This document shows, in pieces, positions 37,131 to 48,843 of a DNA stretch of 54,582 bases. Position 1 is the stretch's first letter. The number at the start of each line of letters is the position of its first letter. The notes under the pieces were generated by a model. It did not search any database. It was given only the letters and a program-made list of their open reading frames with translations, and was not told the DNA's origin. A program made the position numbers and the translations under genes. The stretch covers positions 1 to 54,582 of the forward strand of contig CAYVSQ010000372.1 of the NCBI GenBank assembly GCA_964453815.1, written 5' to 3'. The stretch is from an uncultured Acidobacteriaceae bacterium (GTDB lineage: Bacteria; Acidobacteriota; Terriglobia; Terriglobales; Acidobacteriaceae).

Positions 37131-38449
37131 TTACCCTTCGCGCGGATGACCGTCTGCCCGTCCATATAGGGTACCAGCGCCTCAGGCACGAACACCGAAC
37201 CATCGGCATGCTGATAGTTCTCGAGGATCGCCAGCCACGTTCGCCCGACAGCTAGTCCACTTCCATTCAACGTGTGCACAAAAGCCGTCTTCGTCTGTCC
37301 GGACGGCCGATACCGGATATTCGCCCGCCGCGCCTGAAAATCGCCGAAGTTCGAGCATGAAGAAATCTCGCGATAGAGCTGTTGGCCGGGCAGCCACACC
37401 TCAAGGTCGTAGGTCTTGGCCGCGCTGAAGCCCATGTCACCTGTGCACAGCAGCATCCGACGATAGGGCAGACCAAGGCGCTCCAGAATCCTCTCCGAAT
37501 CGCGCGTCAGCTTCTCGTGTTCTGCTTCGCTGTCTTCTGGACGCGTGAACTTGACCAGCTCCACTTTCTGGAACTGGTGCTGGCGGATGATGCCCCGAAC
37601 ATCTTTCCCGTAGGAACCCGCCTCCGAGCGAAAGCACGGCGTATACGCAGTCAGCGAAGTGGTAATCTGCGCGCCGTCGAGGATCTCGTCGCGATAGAGA
37701 TTCGTTACCGGAACTTCGGCCGTAGGAATCAGCCAGTGGTCGTTGTCTCGATAAACACCCGTCTCATACGTCTGCCCATCTTCGCAGTGGAAAAGATCTT
37801 CGGCGAACTTCGGCAACTGCCCCGTGCCGAATAGGCTCTTACTATTCACCATGAACGGCGGCAGAACTTCCGTATAACCGTGCTCGCGCGTGTGCACATC
37901 TAGCATGAAGTTGGCCAGCGCCCGCTCCAGGCGCGCGCCCTCGCGCCAATAGACCGCAAAACGCGCCCCCGCAATCTTCGCTGCGCGCTCCAAATCGAGA
38001 ATACCTAGCTCTTCCCCGATCTCCCAGTGTGGCTTCGGAGAAAACTCGAATTTTGGAGGCTTCCCCCAATGCTTGACCTCGATGTTGTCGTGCTCGGACT
38101 TGCCGACCGGCACGTCATCGAGCGGAAGGTTCGGGACATTGAAGAGAATCGCCGATAGGTTCTGGTCAGCCTCCGCGCCAGCCGCCTCCAAAGACTCCAA
38201 TCGCGACTTCAGCGCGCGCGTCTCATCCATCACCGCCGTCGCGTCCTGACCGGACTTCTTCAGCCGAGCTACCTCTTCGCTCAGCTTGTTGCGTTGTGCT
38301 TTGAGCTGTTCGGCTTCGGTAATGCGCTCACGCCGGGTCCTGTCCAGAGCGCGAAAATCTCCCAGTAGTCCCGCCGGGTCCTGTCCGCGATCGCGGAGCT
38401 TTCCTTCCACCAATTCCAGATTGACGCGGACAAATGACAAATCAAGCAT
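37127..38449 (-). CDS. serS: Serine--tRNA ligase
   Basis: N-terminal coiled coil; GTGQLPKF; LIPTAEVP; FRSEAGS; RQHQFQKVE; EISSCSN; [12 protein letters not shown]. Confidence 0.98.
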   Translation of the reverse strand: MLDLSFVRVNLELVEGKLRDRGQDPAGLLGDFRALDRTRRERITEAEQLKAQRNKLSEEVARLKKSGQDATAVMDETRALKSRLESLEAAGAEADQNLSAILFNVPNLPLDDVPVGKSEHDNIEVKHWGKPPKFEFSPKPHWEIGEELGILDLERAAKIAGARFAVYWREGARLERALANFMLDVHTREHGYTEVLPPFMVNSKSLFGTGQLPKFAEDLFHCEDGQTYETGVYRDNDHWLIPTAEVPVTNLYRDEILDGAQITTSLTAYTPCFRSEAGSYGKDVRGIIRQHQFQKVELVKFTRPEDSEAEHEKLTRDSERILERLGLPYRRMLLCTGDMGFSAAKTYDLEVWLPGQQLYREISSCSNFGDFQARRANIRYRPSGQTKTAFVHTLNGSGLAVGRTWLAILENYQHADGSVFVPEALVPYMDGQTVIRAKGK

Positions 38450-38494
38450 ACAAGTTCAGATTACAGGGTTCTGTCTCTGCTTCAAAAGCGGCGG

Positions 38495-40993
38495 TCAGCG
38501 ATCGCCCCCATGTGGGGAAGCGTCTGCAATCCTCACACCGCTCAAGCTCCCCACGTATCGTGCTACGCCGTGATAGAGTGACTCCGCAATCCTCTCGCGA
38601 TACTTGCCATCGCGCAGTTCCTGCGCATCGCTGGGATTCGTCAGGAAAGAAATCTCTGCTAGAATCGACGGCATATTCGCGCCGATCAACACAACAAACG
38701 GAGCCTTCTTCACTCCACGATCCTTCAACCCCGGATTCCCTCCTTCCAGACCCTCATACAAACTCTGGTCCACGTCCGACGCGAACTCGCGTGACTCATT
38801 GATTTTGTCCTGTAACGCGATCTTCTTCACCAAGTCGGAGAGCTCATGAATCGACTGGTCTGACACCGCGTTCTCGCGCGCTGCAACCTCCAGAGCATCC
38901 GCTGAGGTCGTGAAGTTCAGGTAGTACGTTTCCACTCCGCGCGCCGAGGCGTCGGGACTCGAATTTGCATGCACGGAGATGAAGAGATCCGCTTGGGCCT
39001 TGTTCGCGATCGCTGTCCGCGTCTCCAGCGGAATAAATGTGTCGTCGTCTCGCGTGTAGATCACGTCCGCACCCAGCCTCTGCTTCAATAGCTGACCCAA
39101 CCGCAGAGCTACATCCAGCACGACATCTTTTTCCTGGATTCCGTCTGGACCCAGCGTTCCCGAATCGTGCCCCCCATGGCCGGCATCGACCACAATGCGA
39201 TTGATCTTCAGCCCTAGGGCCCGCACCATCGACCGCTGTCCATCGGCCGTCGGCTGCGCGGCGTGAACTGGCTGTGCACTCATGTCGGCGGGCGGTGGGT
39301 TCGCGGCATGACTGCGTGAGGCGTGTGCTTTCGGCACCGGAGCAACAACAGGCGCGCTCACCGCGGCCATTTCATTGGATTGCGGCGCCGGACTGGTCCC
39401 AGCCACCGACTGAACGACGGGAGCCGTTGTTGGCCGTTTTGTCGCTTTCACACGATTCGGCTGCTGGCTGAGCGAAGCAACATCCGCCATGGGCGATGCG
39501 TCATCACCATCGTCCACCACAACGTGCGTTGTGGTCCGGGGCGCTGTCATCCGTGCAAGGGACTTCGCAGGCGGCGGCAAAGGATCACCCAAGGCGTCTA
39601 CCGGAGTCGTGGCCGATCCGATGCCAATGGTCGGTTTCAATGTGGCAACGGTCCTCGAGTTCGCGACCGGCTGGGATAACTGACTCACCCTCGGGGTCGG
39701 CTTAGGGGCGGGAACGGCTATGGGCGCTGCCTCTGCAGTGTATACCGGAGCAGCACGCGACTTCCTCCCATGCACGTCGATGATCAAACGCGAGGGATTC
39801 GGCAAGAAGAATGCCGAGTATTCGCTCACGTCGCTCACGTCGAGCACGATCCGCGTCACGTCGTTCGAAAACTGTGCTGCACGAACCTGCTTCAGGAAGC
39901 CGTCGTCGATAACCTCGTCCGCCTTACCGATCAGTTCAGGCGACAAGCGCGCACCGTGTAGATCAAAGAAAATCCGGTCAGGATTCGGCACGCGAACCGC
40001 TTCATACTGCACCTCGTCCTGCAAGTCGATCGCGACGCGTGTGTACACCGGCGTCGACCAATGCCGAATGCCCGTCACCAGCGGCAGCCTCCCTCTGCGC
40101 GGTGGAGGCGGCGCGTTCAGAGACGCCTCACTCGGATGGGATGGCTCAGTCGCAGGCGGCTGCGCTGGAGGCGAAATATCGTTCTCGGCGACCTGCTGCT
40201 CCGGAGGATGCGGTGTCTTCGCAGTCGAAACCGGATGCGACGAAGGGGCAGCGTTCGCCGTAGAAGGAGCTGCCTTCACGGGCCGTGGCGTGTTCTGTTC
40301 CTGCGACTGGATAGCAGCTGTCAGCACCGTGTGGCGACCCGACGGTGAAGATCTCGAGGCGACCGCCCCCGAGCCAGTGCCAGCACCCGCCGAGTCATTC
40401 TGCGCAATCGTCACGCCGCCGCGCGTGGTCTTTCCCGCAGGCTTGTACAGATTGCTCAACTCGATCCTGGCTTCGTTGGCCAGCGGGTTCTGCGGATAAA
40501 GCCTCAAAAACTCCTGAAATGTCGCCCTGGCACTCTCGCGATCGTTCAAATCGCGCAGATAAATCTCGCCCTCGGTGAGCAGCGCGCTGAAACGATAATG
40601 GCTCCAGGGATAGGCATTGCGCAAAAACTCGTACTGAACGATTGCATCGCGCAGGGCCTTCTCATCCTGAAAGACCCGCCCTTCCTCGGCGAGCAGATCC
40701 GCCACCGCCAAAACCGATGTATCGGCCTTGGCTGACGCAGGATCGCCATGGTAGACCGCCCGGTACGCATCCGCCACCCGCTCGTAGTCGCGGCGCGTGC
40801 GCTGCCGCTCGGGCTGACCCTCAAGGGCCTCCCGCATGCGCTGCGCCTTATCAAACGGAGAGTGTGCGCCTATTCCATGCTGCAAAGCAGCCGGTGATCT
40901 GGCATTCGTAAATATCAGCAGGCAAAGGCCGCCGGCAATCGAAAGCAGGCAAGAACGTCCTGCATGGACAAGGGTAGCCGGCATAGAAGACAC
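38495..40993 (-). CDS. N-acetylmuramoyl-L-alanine amidase (TPR + AMIN + Amidase_3, AmiC-like)
   Basis: AMIN (NPDRIFFDL, NPSRLIIDV); VDAGHGGHD; EKDV; FISVHAN; PSILAEISF; Pro/Ala linkers. Confidence 0.92.
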   Translation of the reverse strand: MSSMPATLVHAGRSCLLSIAGGLCLLIFTNARSPAALQHGIGAHSPFDKAQRMREALEGQPERQRTRRDYERVADAYRAVYHGDPASAKADTSVLAVADLLAEEGRVFQDEKALRDAIVQYEFLRNAYPWSHYRFSALLTEGEIYLRDLNDRESARATFQEFLRLYPQNPLANEARIELSNLYKPAGKTTRGGVTIAQNDSAGAGTGSGAVASRSSPSGRHTVLTAAIQSQEQNTPRPVKAAPSTANAAPSSHPVSTAKTPHPPEQQVAENDISPPAQPPATEPSHPSEASLNAPPPPRRGRLPLVTGIRHWSTPVYTRVAIDLQDEVQYEAVRVPNPDRIFFDLHGARLSPELIGKADEVIDDGFLKQVRAAQFSNDVTRIVLDVSDVSEYSAFFLPNPSRLIIDVHGRKSRAAPVYTAEAAPIAVPAPKPTPRVSQLSQPVANSRTVATLKPTIGIGSATTPVDALGDPLPPPAKSLARMTAPRTTTHVVVDDGDDASPMADVASLSQQPNRVKATKRPTTAPVVQSVAGTSPAPQSNEMAAVSAPVVAPVPKAHASRSHAANPPPADMSAQPVHAAQPTADGQRSMVRALGLKINRIVVDAGHGGHDSGTLGPDGIQEKDVVLDVALRLGQLLKQRLGADVIYTRDDDTFIPLETRTAIANKAQADLFISVHANSSPDASARGVETYYLNFTTSADALEVAARENAVSDQSIHELSDLVKKIALQDKINESREFASDVDQSLYEGLEGGNPGLKDRGVKKAPFVVLIGANMPSILAEISFLTNPSDAQELRDGKYRERIAESLYHGVARYVGSLSGVRIADASPHGGDR

Positions 40994-41107
40994 GAGACAC
41001 TCAAAGTATAGGTTCCAGCAAAAGCCCCATCAATCGAAGGAACCCAGATCGCAACGTCCAGTTGCGACTTAATTTGATCCTCCCCGAAATTGGACTAACA
41101 AGAGTTT

Positions 41108-43918
41108 TCACCCCACCAAAGCGCTAACCACATCTGCCGCACGCTTCAACGCCGCATCCAGTTGGCTTGGGTCCTTGCCGCCGGCCTCTGCCATATCGGC
41201 GCGGCCACCGCCTGAGCCGCCGACCAACTTCGCGATTTCGCCAACCACTTTGCCCGCCTGTACCTTGCCCGTAAGGTCTTTAGTTACACCAACAATCAGC
41301 GCAACCTTGCCGTCCTGCGCCGACCCCAACACCACCACGCCCGACCCCAGCTTATTGCGTAGATTGTCGACCAGCGTGCGCATTTGGCCTCGGTCGAGGG
41401 CGTCCACCCGCTGCGCCAGCACCTTCACTCCCTTGACCTCGACTGCCTGCTCGCCGGCATTCGAGACCGATGCAGACGCCGACTTCATCCTCGCCTGGTC
41501 GAGTTCGCGGCGGAGCCTCTTCAGCTCCTCTTCCTGAGCGGAAAGGCGCGAGCGCAGCGCTTTCGCCGGAGCCGTCTCCGCATTCGGAGAAAGCTGGGCC
41601 GCCAGTTGCGCGACTTCGTAGTCGCGGCGGAACTCATTCAGAGCGCCCAGACCGGTCACCGCTTCCACTCGTCGTACGCCCGATGAGACAGACCCCTCGC
41701 CCAGCAGTTTCACTACGCCAATCTCGCCGGTCGCGCCGGTGTGCGTGCCACCGCACAGCTCGGTTGAGAAGTCGCCGATCTTGACGACGCGGACTTTTTC
41801 GCCATACTTCTCTCCGAATAGCGCCATGGCATGGTACTCGTTGATCGCTACATCGATGGGAACGTCTTCCAGCGTCTCCACGCGGATGTTGTTCAAGACT
41901 TCTTTATTGATGAGGTCTTCGATGTCCTGCAACTCCTCATCGGCCACCGAAGTAAAGTGCGAAAAGTCAAATCGCAGACGCGTGGGGTCGACCAGCGATC
42001 CCGCTTGCTTCACGTGCGTGCCTAGCACCTCGCGCAGCGCCGCATGCAGCAGATGCGTGCCGGTATGATTTCGCTGCGTGGCCGAACGGTAATCGGCATC
42101 GACAACCGTGTCGACCTTGTCGCCGATAGCCAGCGGCTGGCGCAGAATCGCCTTGTGCGCGAAGACTCCCTGGACAGGTTTGGTGCATCCACTCACATCT
42201 GCGACAACCGAGTTGTGATCGTCGGAATAATGCCAGCCCGTATCGCCCACCTGCCCGCCGGAATCGGCGTAAAAGCTGGTGTGATCGAGGACCAGCTCCA
42301 CGACATCGCCGGGAGCGGCCACGGGAACGCCGACGCCGTCTTTGACGATGGCCAGAACCTCGCACCCATCCGATCGCAGTTGCCGGTATCCCTCAAAGAG
42401 CGTCTTCGGCAGATCACGAAACGCCGGACTCGCCGACTGTTTTGTTCCGCCTTTCCATGACGCACGAGCGCGTGCCTGCTCCTCGGCACGTGCCTTTTCG
42501 AAACCGGTCAGGTCGAACTCGATGCCCACATCACGCGCGGCATCGACCATGAAATCGAGCGGCAGGCCATAGGTCTCGTAGAGGTGGAAGGCGCGGTCGC
42601 CAGGAAAGATTGGTGCTTTGGCGTATTTTTGCAGTACACCGATATCAAGAGAACGCTTGACAAGCGGATCGATGTCATCGTTCTTTGGCAAGACTATGCC
42701 TGATTGAGTTGCAGCTGCTTCGACAGCAGCCGAGAATTCCTGTTCAAGCTTTTCCGATCCAAGCTCAACGGTCCTAAGGAATCTCTCTTCCTCGTCGAAT
42801 AGTGTCTTTTGAACTCGCTCCCTCGAATCTTGCAATTCCGGATAGGCATTCTTCATTAATTCGACTACGTGCTTCACCATGCAATAGAAGAATGGACCTT
42901 TTGCTCCTTGAATACGACCGTGTCGGATAGCGCGTCGAATAATTTTTCGCAGAACATACCCGCGCCCCTCGTTCGAAGGTTGTACGCCGTCTGCGATAAG
43001 GAAAGTGGCTGCACGCGCGTGATCAGCAATCACTCGAAAGGAGGCCGCAACCGGAGCGTTGGCGGTTGGATCGGCAAGTTCTGGTTTCCCGGAAGGGACC
43101 ATCACCAAAGCAACAGCAGCATCAATCAGCGACGTGAAAAGATCGGTATCAAAGTTGTTGTCTTTCGCCTGCAAGGCGGCGGCGGTGCGTTCGAGGCCCA
43201 TGCCGGTATCGATGGACGGCTTGGGCAGCAGATGCAATTCACCCTGCGCATCGCGGTCGAACTGCATGAAGACCAGGTTCCATATCTCGACGTATCGCGA
43301 CTCGTCCTCGCCAAACGGTTTATCGACACCGGGAGTCTCCGCGTCCTCGATTCCCATGTCGTAGAAGATCTCCGAGCAGGGACCGCATGGACCTGTGTCG
43401 CCCATCTGCCAGAAGTTGTCCTTCGCCCCGCACTCGTGGATGCGCTCTGCGGGCACGCCCTGCGCGCGCCACAGCTCGTACGCTTCTTCGTCTCTGGGCA
43501 CGCCGTTCTCGCCCTTGAAGATGGTCACGTACAGCTTCTCCTTGGGAATGCCGAACCATTCGGGAGACGTCACCAGTTCCCAGGCGTATGCGATGGCATC
43601 CTTCTTGAAGTAGTCACCGAAGCTGAAGTTCCCCAGCATCTCGAAGAACGTGTGGTGCCGACGTGTGAATCCGACGTTTTCGAGATCATTGTGCTTGCCA
43701 CCCGCGCGCACGCACTTCTGCGAGCTGGTCGCCCGCGCATAGTCGCGGTACTCCAGCCCGAGAAACACATCTTTAAACTGATTCATCCCCGCGTTGGTGA
43801 ACAGCAGCGTGGGATCGTTGGCAGGAACAAGCGAAGAGCTATGCACGCGGCGGTGCCCCTTCGTCTCAAAGAATTTCAAAAAGGTCTCGCGTATATCCGA
43901 GCCGGAACGGTATTGCAT
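41108..43918 (-). CDS. alaS: Alanine--tRNA ligase
   Basis: [12 protein letters not shown]; [11 protein letters not shown]; EIWNLVFMQ; DTGMGLER; NHTGTHLLH; ELCGGTH; GGGGR. Confidence 0.98.
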   Translation of the reverse strand: MQYRSGSDIRETFLKFFETKGHRRVHSSSLVPANDPTLLFTNAGMNQFKDVFLGLEYRDYARATSSQKCVRAGGKHNDLENVGFTRRHHTFFEMLGNFSFGDYFKKDAIAYAWELVTSPEWFGIPKEKLYVTIFKGENGVPRDEEAYELWRAQGVPAERIHECGAKDNFWQMGDTGPCGPCSEIFYDMGIEDAETPGVDKPFGEDESRYVEIWNLVFMQFDRDAQGELHLLPKPSIDTGMGLERTAAALQAKDNNFDTDLFTSLIDAAVALVMVPSGKPELADPTANAPVAASFRVIADHARAATFLIADGVQPSNEGRGYVLRKIIRRAIRHGRIQGAKGPFFYCMVKHVVELMKNAYPELQDSRERVQKTLFDEEERFLRTVELGSEKLEQEFSAAVEAAATQSGIVLPKNDDIDPLVKRSLDIGVLQKYAKAPIFPGDRAFHLYETYGLPLDFMVDAARDVGIEFDLTGFEKARAEEQARARASWKGGTKQSASPAFRDLPKTLFEGYRQLRSDGCEVLAIVKDGVGVPVAAPGDVVELVLDHTSFYADSGGQVGDTGWHYSDDHNSVVADVSGCTKPVQGVFAHKAILRQPLAIGDKVDTVVDADYRSATQRNHTGTHLLHAALREVLGTHVKQAGSLVDPTRLRFDFSHFTSVADEELQDIEDLINKEVLNNIRVETLEDVPIDVAINEYHAMALFGEKYGEKVRVVKIGDFSTELCGGTHTGATGEIGVVKLLGEGSVSSGVRRVEAVTGLGALNEFRRDYEVAQLAAQLSPNAETAPAKALRSRLSAQEEELKRLRRELDQARMKSASASVSNAGEQAVEVKGVKVLAQRVDALDRGQMRTLVDNLRNKLGSGVVVLGSAQDGKVALIVGVTKDLTGKVQAGKVVGEIAKLVGGSGGGRADMAEAGGKDPSQLDAALKRAADVVSALVG

Positions 43919-43946
43919 ATCTTGAGTTTATAGGAGGGATGAGCCC

Positions 43947-44513
43947 TCACCGGTCGCCGTTGCTGGACGCGGGGCCGTCATTGTCCATAAATTCGAGGGC
44001 CGCTAGAGCTTGATCATCCACATTCCACTCCTTCAGGATTCTGAAGACTACACTCGTCGAGAAGCCCGCCCGCATCAGCATTCGCATCACGCGCGCGGCT
44101 TCTTTCTCGTTTGCCGGCTTCTTCACACGCTTACGTTCAAGATGCCGCCGTGCAAGCTCTTCTTCGTTCACGTCCTCATAGGCGGCATCGAGGGTCTTCG
44201 CAATCACTTCCACGTGGACGCCCTTTTGCGTCAGATCCTGACGCACTCTGCGCTTTCCCAGGCTCGCATTCTCTTGGCGGAGCTTCGCATAGTACGCGGC
44301 GAAGTCTGCATCATTCAGGTAGCCATATTCGTTGAGGCGAGCGATCACCGCATCGATCTTCGCGGTGCCAGATTCGCCCCGCTCTACCTTGTTGCGCATC
44401 AACCGGGTCAACTCGGCTACTGTCCGCATGCGCCGCCCCAACGTAACTACGGCATAGTCGTAAAGAGCGCGCTCATCGAGCGGATCGTTTTTTTTGGTCT
44501 GGCGAAATGGCAT
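43947..44513 (-). CDS. recX: Regulatory protein RecX
   Basis: RTVAEL; GYLNDADFA; GKRRVRQDLTQKGV; LMRAGF three-helix repeats. Confidence 0.88.
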   Translation of the reverse strand: MPFRQTKKNDPLDERALYDYAVVTLGRRMRTVAELTRLMRNKVERGESGTAKIDAVIARLNEYGYLNDADFAAYYAKLRQENASLGKRRVRQDLTQKGVHVEVIAKTLDAAYEDVNEEELARRHLERKRVKKPANEKEAARVMRMLMRAGFSTSVVFRILKEWNVDDQALAALEFMDNDGPASSNGDR

Positions 44514-44516
44514 AGG

Positions 44517-46739
44517 TCACTTCGTCCACTGGTCTACCCAGTCGTTCACTGTCTTGTACCAGAGCTCGGAATTCTGCGGCTTCAGCACCCAGTGTCCTTC
44601 GTCCGGGAAATAGAGCATCTTCGAAGGAACATGCATACGCTGCAACGTTGTGAACAGCTGATATCCCTCAGACACGTCGAGTCGATAATCCAGCTGCGAG
44701 TGAACGACCAGCGTCGGCGTCTTGAAGTTTGTCTCTGCCAGCATCGGCGACCACTTCCTATACAGCGCCCGGTTCTCCCAGGGAGTGCCCTTGAACTCCC
44801 ACTCGTTGAACCACAACTCCTCCGTTGTCCCATAGGCCGACTCGGGATTGAACATCCCATCGTGGGTCACAATGCACCGGAAGCGCTGCGTGTGCCCTAA
44901 GATCCAGTCAGCCATGTAGCCGCCGTAGCTCGCGCCCAGCGCGCATTCCCGACCCTTGTCGATAAACGGATAGTGGGCCTCCGCGTAGTCGAGGCCGCGC
45001 ATCAAGTCGACGTAGGGCTTGCCGCCCCAGTCGCCGTTCACGCCATCGACAAACGCCTGGCCGTAACCTGTCGATCCGCGCGGATTAATCATCACCACGA
45101 CATAGCCATTGGCTGCCAGCAGCTCCGCGTTCCAACGATAGCTCCAGCTCTCACCCCAAGCTCCCTGCGGACCGCCGTGGATCAGGAATTTCAACGGATA
45201 CTTCTTCGCAGGATCAAATCCGGGTGGCTTGATGAGGAAGCCTTGCACCTGCACTTTGCCGATCGAGGGGAACCAGAAAGATTCCAGTGCAGGTCGATCA
45301 AGCTTCGCGAGCAGAGCGTCGTTCAAGTGAGTGATCTGATGTACGGCTTTCACATCTCCATCCACCTGCGGGATGGGACTTCGCTGACGCCGATAGGCCT
45401 GGGTCTCGTGCTGTAGTTGCCTCTCTTCGTTCTTGCTTTCGGAGGGAACGTCGTCGTCGGGCCCATCTTCGGTAAGGTCTATAGCCCAGACTTCCGCTGG
45501 AGACAGGACAGTCATTCGGCTGAGAACAATTGCCTTGCCGTTCGGTGTCACATGCAGGTCGCTGTATTCACCAAAGTCTTCCTGTCCTAACCCGTTATCA
45601 GGGCCTTCATGAAGAAGCTGCGTGAGCACGGCGACCTTCTGGCTGGCGACGTTGACGGAAAATACAGGGGCTTCGCCCCAATGACTCGCGGCGAAGTAAA
45701 TCGTCTGCGAATCCGGCGCCCACGCAAACTCATCCGCCCATCGATCGAAGTTCGGCAGCATATCTTTGATTTGCTTCGTTGCCCGGTCGTAGATCACCAG
45801 CCGGAATTTGTCGCTCTCGTACCCAGCGCGCTCCTGCGAGCGCCAGGCGATGTATTTTCCGTCTGGAGAGTACGCCGGTGAATGGTCTCCGCCCGCAGCC
45901 GTCGAAATCTTCACCGGCTTGGCATTCGGGTCATCCAGCCGCAGCGTAAAGATATCTGAGTTTGTGCTGATCGCCGGCACCAGATCGAGGTTCGCCTCGA
46001 AAGCGATCTCTTTCCCGTTGGGCGAGAATGCATATCCATCCGGACCGCCCAGCGAAAACGGCGGAACATCGTGCTCGTCGCCTGGATTCAGATCGCGTGA
46101 CGTCCCTCCACTTGCGCTCACCAGAAAGAGATGGCTCCGTTTGTCGCCGGTAAATGCGTTCCAGTGTCGGTAGAGCAGATGCGTAAAGACCTGTGCCTTG
46201 ACTTTCGACTCGGCTTTCTCCTCGTCGTGTTTCTTATTGCAACTATCATCGTTACAATCCGGATATACCGAAGAGACAAATAGGATTTGCTTGCTATCCG
46301 GGGACCATGTTGCGCCATCCGCCTCCGTACTCAGCGAGGTGAGCTTGTGGGGCTCGCCAATTGTGCCGGCCGCTGTGCCGAAATCGGCTAGCCAGATCTG
46401 CTGCCCGCCATCGCGCGCGCTCTCAAATAGGATTTGTTTCCCATCAGGAGAAAACCTTCCCCGACTTTCACCCGCCATCGACGCTGTCAGTGCGCGGCTC
46501 TTGCCACCGATTACTGGCACAATCCACAGGTGCGAGATGCGGGTGTTTTTGCCGAGATCGACGTCCGTCGCCGCATACATCACCCATCTGCCATCCGGCG
46601 ATACGGCGATGTCCCCGAGCCGCCGCATCTTCATCATGTCTTCGAAGGTCATTGGCCGACGCGCCTGCCCTTGTGCCATCTCAGTCAGACTTAGCAGACA
46701 CCCCATCAGAAAAAATGCCGCAATTCGGCTCCGTGCCAT
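44517..46739 (-). CDS. S9-family (prolyl oligopeptidase/acylaminoacyl peptidase) secreted peptidase
   Basis: Signal peptide; SPDG propeller repeats; IHGGPQG; GASYGG; DYRL; FPDEGH catalytic triad. Alternative start at 46775. Confidence 0.93.
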   Translation of the reverse strand: MARSRIAAFFLMGCLLSLTEMAQGQARRPMTFEDMMKMRRLGDIAVSPDGRWVMYAATDVDLGKNTRISHLWIVPVIGGKSRALTASMAGESRGRFSPDGKQILFESARDGGQQIWLADFGTAAGTIGEPHKLTSLSTEADGATWSPDSKQILFVSSVYPDCNDDSCNKKHDEEKAESKVKAQVFTHLLYRHWNAFTGDKRSHLFLVSASGGTSRDLNPGDEHDVPPFSLGGPDGYAFSPNGKEIAFEANLDLVPAISTNSDIFTLRLDDPNAKPVKISTAAGGDHSPAYSPDGKYIAWRSQERAGYESDKFRLVIYDRATKQIKDMLPNFDRWADEFAWAPDSQTIYFAASHWGEAPVFSVNVASQKVAVLTQLLHEGPDNGLGQEDFGEYSDLHVTPNGKAIVLSRMTVLSPAEVWAIDLTEDGPDDDVPSESKNEERQLQHETQAYRRQRSPIPQVDGDVKAVHQITHLNDALLAKLDRPALESFWFPSIGKVQVQGFLIKPPGFDPAKKYPLKFLIHGGPQGAWGESWSYRWNAELLAANGYVVVMINPRGSTGYGQAFVDGVNGDWGGKPYVDLMRGLDYAEAHYPFIDKGRECALGASYGGYMADWILGHTQRFRCIVTHDGMFNPESAYGTTEELWFNEWEFKGTPWENRALYRKWSPMLAETNFKTPTLVVHSQLDYRLDVSEGYQLFTTLQRMHVPSKMLYFPDEGHWVLKPQNSELWYKTVNDWVDQWTK

Positions 46740-46809
46740 TCCACTCCTCGTTTTTGGAAAAATGAATGCCTGCATTGTCGCAGGCCACTGTACATGGTAG
46801 CCGGATGCC

Positions 46810-48843
46810 TTAGCGCGAGAACACTTCGCCCGTCACTGACGCCTCATTCCAGGCAAACTCCGCTTGCATCTCGATTGCCACCGCTGCCCCCTGCGGCTGC
46901 AAATTGAAGGCGGAAATCTCGCCTCCATGCTCACGGATAATCGAATAGCACAGACTCAGGCCTAGTCCGGGCCCTTCGCCGGGCTTCTTCGTCGTAAATA
47001 ATGGGTCGAAGACTCGATTAGGATTAGGAAAGCCCGGCCCGGAATCCGAGATCAGCACTTGCACCCGGTCTTTGATAAGCGTCGCATCAATTCGCACCTT
47101 CTTCTCTTGTATCGCGGGCAAACGCTGCAGGGCGTTTGCAGCATTATTCAGGATTTGCAGAAAGACCTGCCGCATCTGGTCGCTATTTGCCCGAATCCTG
47201 GGCAGATCCCGGGCAATCGCGACTTCGAGCGTGATCCCCTTCCGTTCGAACTCCGGCTTCCGCTGCCGTACGATCTCAAGCAGCATCTGTTCTACAGAAA
47301 TCAGCGCCAGAGTGTTGGGCGAGGTTTTCCAGAATCGCCCCAGGCTCTCGATCGCTTCCTTCATCCGCCGGGACTCACTGCGTATGACCGCCACACTCCG
47401 CCGAGTTGCCTCATCCACGTCACTTTCTTCGACGAGCTCCGCGTATCCCATTACTACCGTGAGCGGATTGTTTAGCTCATGTGCCACCCGGCCGGCGAGC
47501 TGCCCCAGCCCGGCCAGTTTTTCCGACTGCACCACCCTGCGCAGCAGCAGGCTGTTTTCACGCCCCGCCGCCAACCGCGCCACCAGCAACTCCAAAGGTA
47601 GAAGATCTTCTGCCGCCAAGGGTTCCTCGAGGACTTTCAAGCCGCTCAACACCAGCACACCCTGGAGTTCTGCCGCGTTCTCCCCCATCGGGATCGCGTG
47701 TGCATGCATATAGTTAAGACGTTCCAGATCGTCACCCGGCACCATCAACGGGCGCAAATCGGCGACCGCCGTGTTGCCGATTTCCGCCGCCCAATGGCCG
47801 CCCTTGCAGAACGCCTCCAACTTCTCCGGCGTCAAGCGCTGTCCCATCGCGTCCAGGGCTCCGGCCAGCGCGCCCTCCATTCCGGCGTGCCCCACCATGC
47901 GAAATTGCTGCTCGGCGTTCCGCAGTAGAATCGCCGCTTGCCCAAAGCGGCTCGCCGTCGCGATCGTCTCGCATACCCGGTCGTAGTTGAGACCGAAATC
48001 GCGGGTCGGAGATGCCGAAACATCCAGCTTCGCGTACTGCTCCATCTCACTGCGGACCCGTCGTTCGCGCCTCTGCACCGTCTCATTTCGCTCCAGCTCG
48101 TCCTCGAGCGCCAACACGATCATGCCCACCGCGGTCACCACCTTCATTAGGTTGATCGTCCGCAAATAGTAAAGAAATGCCGGCTCGCCATAGTGCAGCA
48201 GGAAGTCCACAGCCATGGGGCTGCTCCACGTCAGCAGTCCGGCTGCGGTAAAAATCACGCCCGCACTCCACCTCCGGTAGCCCGTCAACACCAGAACCGC
48301 CGCCATAAGGCTGATGCTGCTGTGCGCCAGCCGCACCACGAGGTCAAACTGGCCGACGAAGGCCAGATAGATGCACGTCACGCCAACGCCCGCTGTGAAC
48401 GGGAGTGTGAACCACAGTGGCGGCAGGTTCTTCTGCGCACTCCAATTTACCGCGACAGCCACCGCCGAGATCGCGGCCAGACAATTGATGATCCGCAGAA
48501 AGATACCAGGTGATGGATAGAGCGACGTAAGCACCGAAAACAAGACCAATGGCGCCGCGAAGATCGCGATGGAGGAAATCTTGATTTTGCTTCGGGCATG
48601 AATCGGCGACACTGAGCCGAGAAGCATGAGCGCAGCCAACGCCATAGCTGTGTTGGAAATGGCCAGACCCACCCCGTGCCTGCCGTATAAGCTGGCCTGC
48701 AAGGCCAGCCGCGTGATTGCCAGTGTCCAGCCAATCAGCCACAGCAGGGTCCTCGGCGTCCGCGAGCGCAAATACAGCGCGGCAAAGACGGCCACAAGAA
48801 TGCTGAGCAGCACTAAGGTCGGAACGCGATAGTAATCGTCCAT
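46810..48843 (-). CDS. Membrane-bound sensor histidine kinase
   Basis: About 7-8 N-terminal TMs; QSEKLAGLGQL..VAHELNNP; DSGPG; FTTK; GLGLS. Confidence 0.9.
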   Translation of the reverse strand: MDDYYRVPTLVLLSILVAVFAALYLRSRTPRTLLWLIGWTLAITRLALQASLYGRHGVGLAISNTAMALAALMLLGSVSPIHARSKIKISSIAIFAAPLVLFSVLTSLYPSPGIFLRIINCLAAISAVAVAVNWSAQKNLPPLWFTLPFTAGVGVTCIYLAFVGQFDLVVRLAHSSISLMAAVLVLTGYRRWSAGVIFTAAGLLTWSSPMAVDFLLHYGEPAFLYYLRTINLMKVVTAVGMIVLALEDELERNETVQRRERRVRSEMEQYAKLDVSASPTRDFGLNYDRVCETIATASRFGQAAILLRNAEQQFRMVGHAGMEGALAGALDAMGQRLTPEKLEAFCKGGHWAAEIGNTAVADLRPLMVPGDDLERLNYMHAHAIPMGENAAELQGVLVLSGLKVLEEPLAAEDLLPLELLVARLAAGRENSLLLRRVVQSEKLAGLGQLAGRVAHELNNPLTVVMGYAELVEESDVDEATRRSVAVIRSESRRMKEAIESLGRFWKTSPNTLALISVEQMLLEIVRQRKPEFERKGITLEVAIARDLPRIRANSDQMRQVFLQILNNAANALQRLPAIQEKKVRIDATLIKDRVQVLISDSGPGFPNPNRVFDPLFTTKKPGEGPGLGLSLCYSIIREHGGEISAFNLQPQGAAVAIEMQAEFAWNEASVTGEVFSR

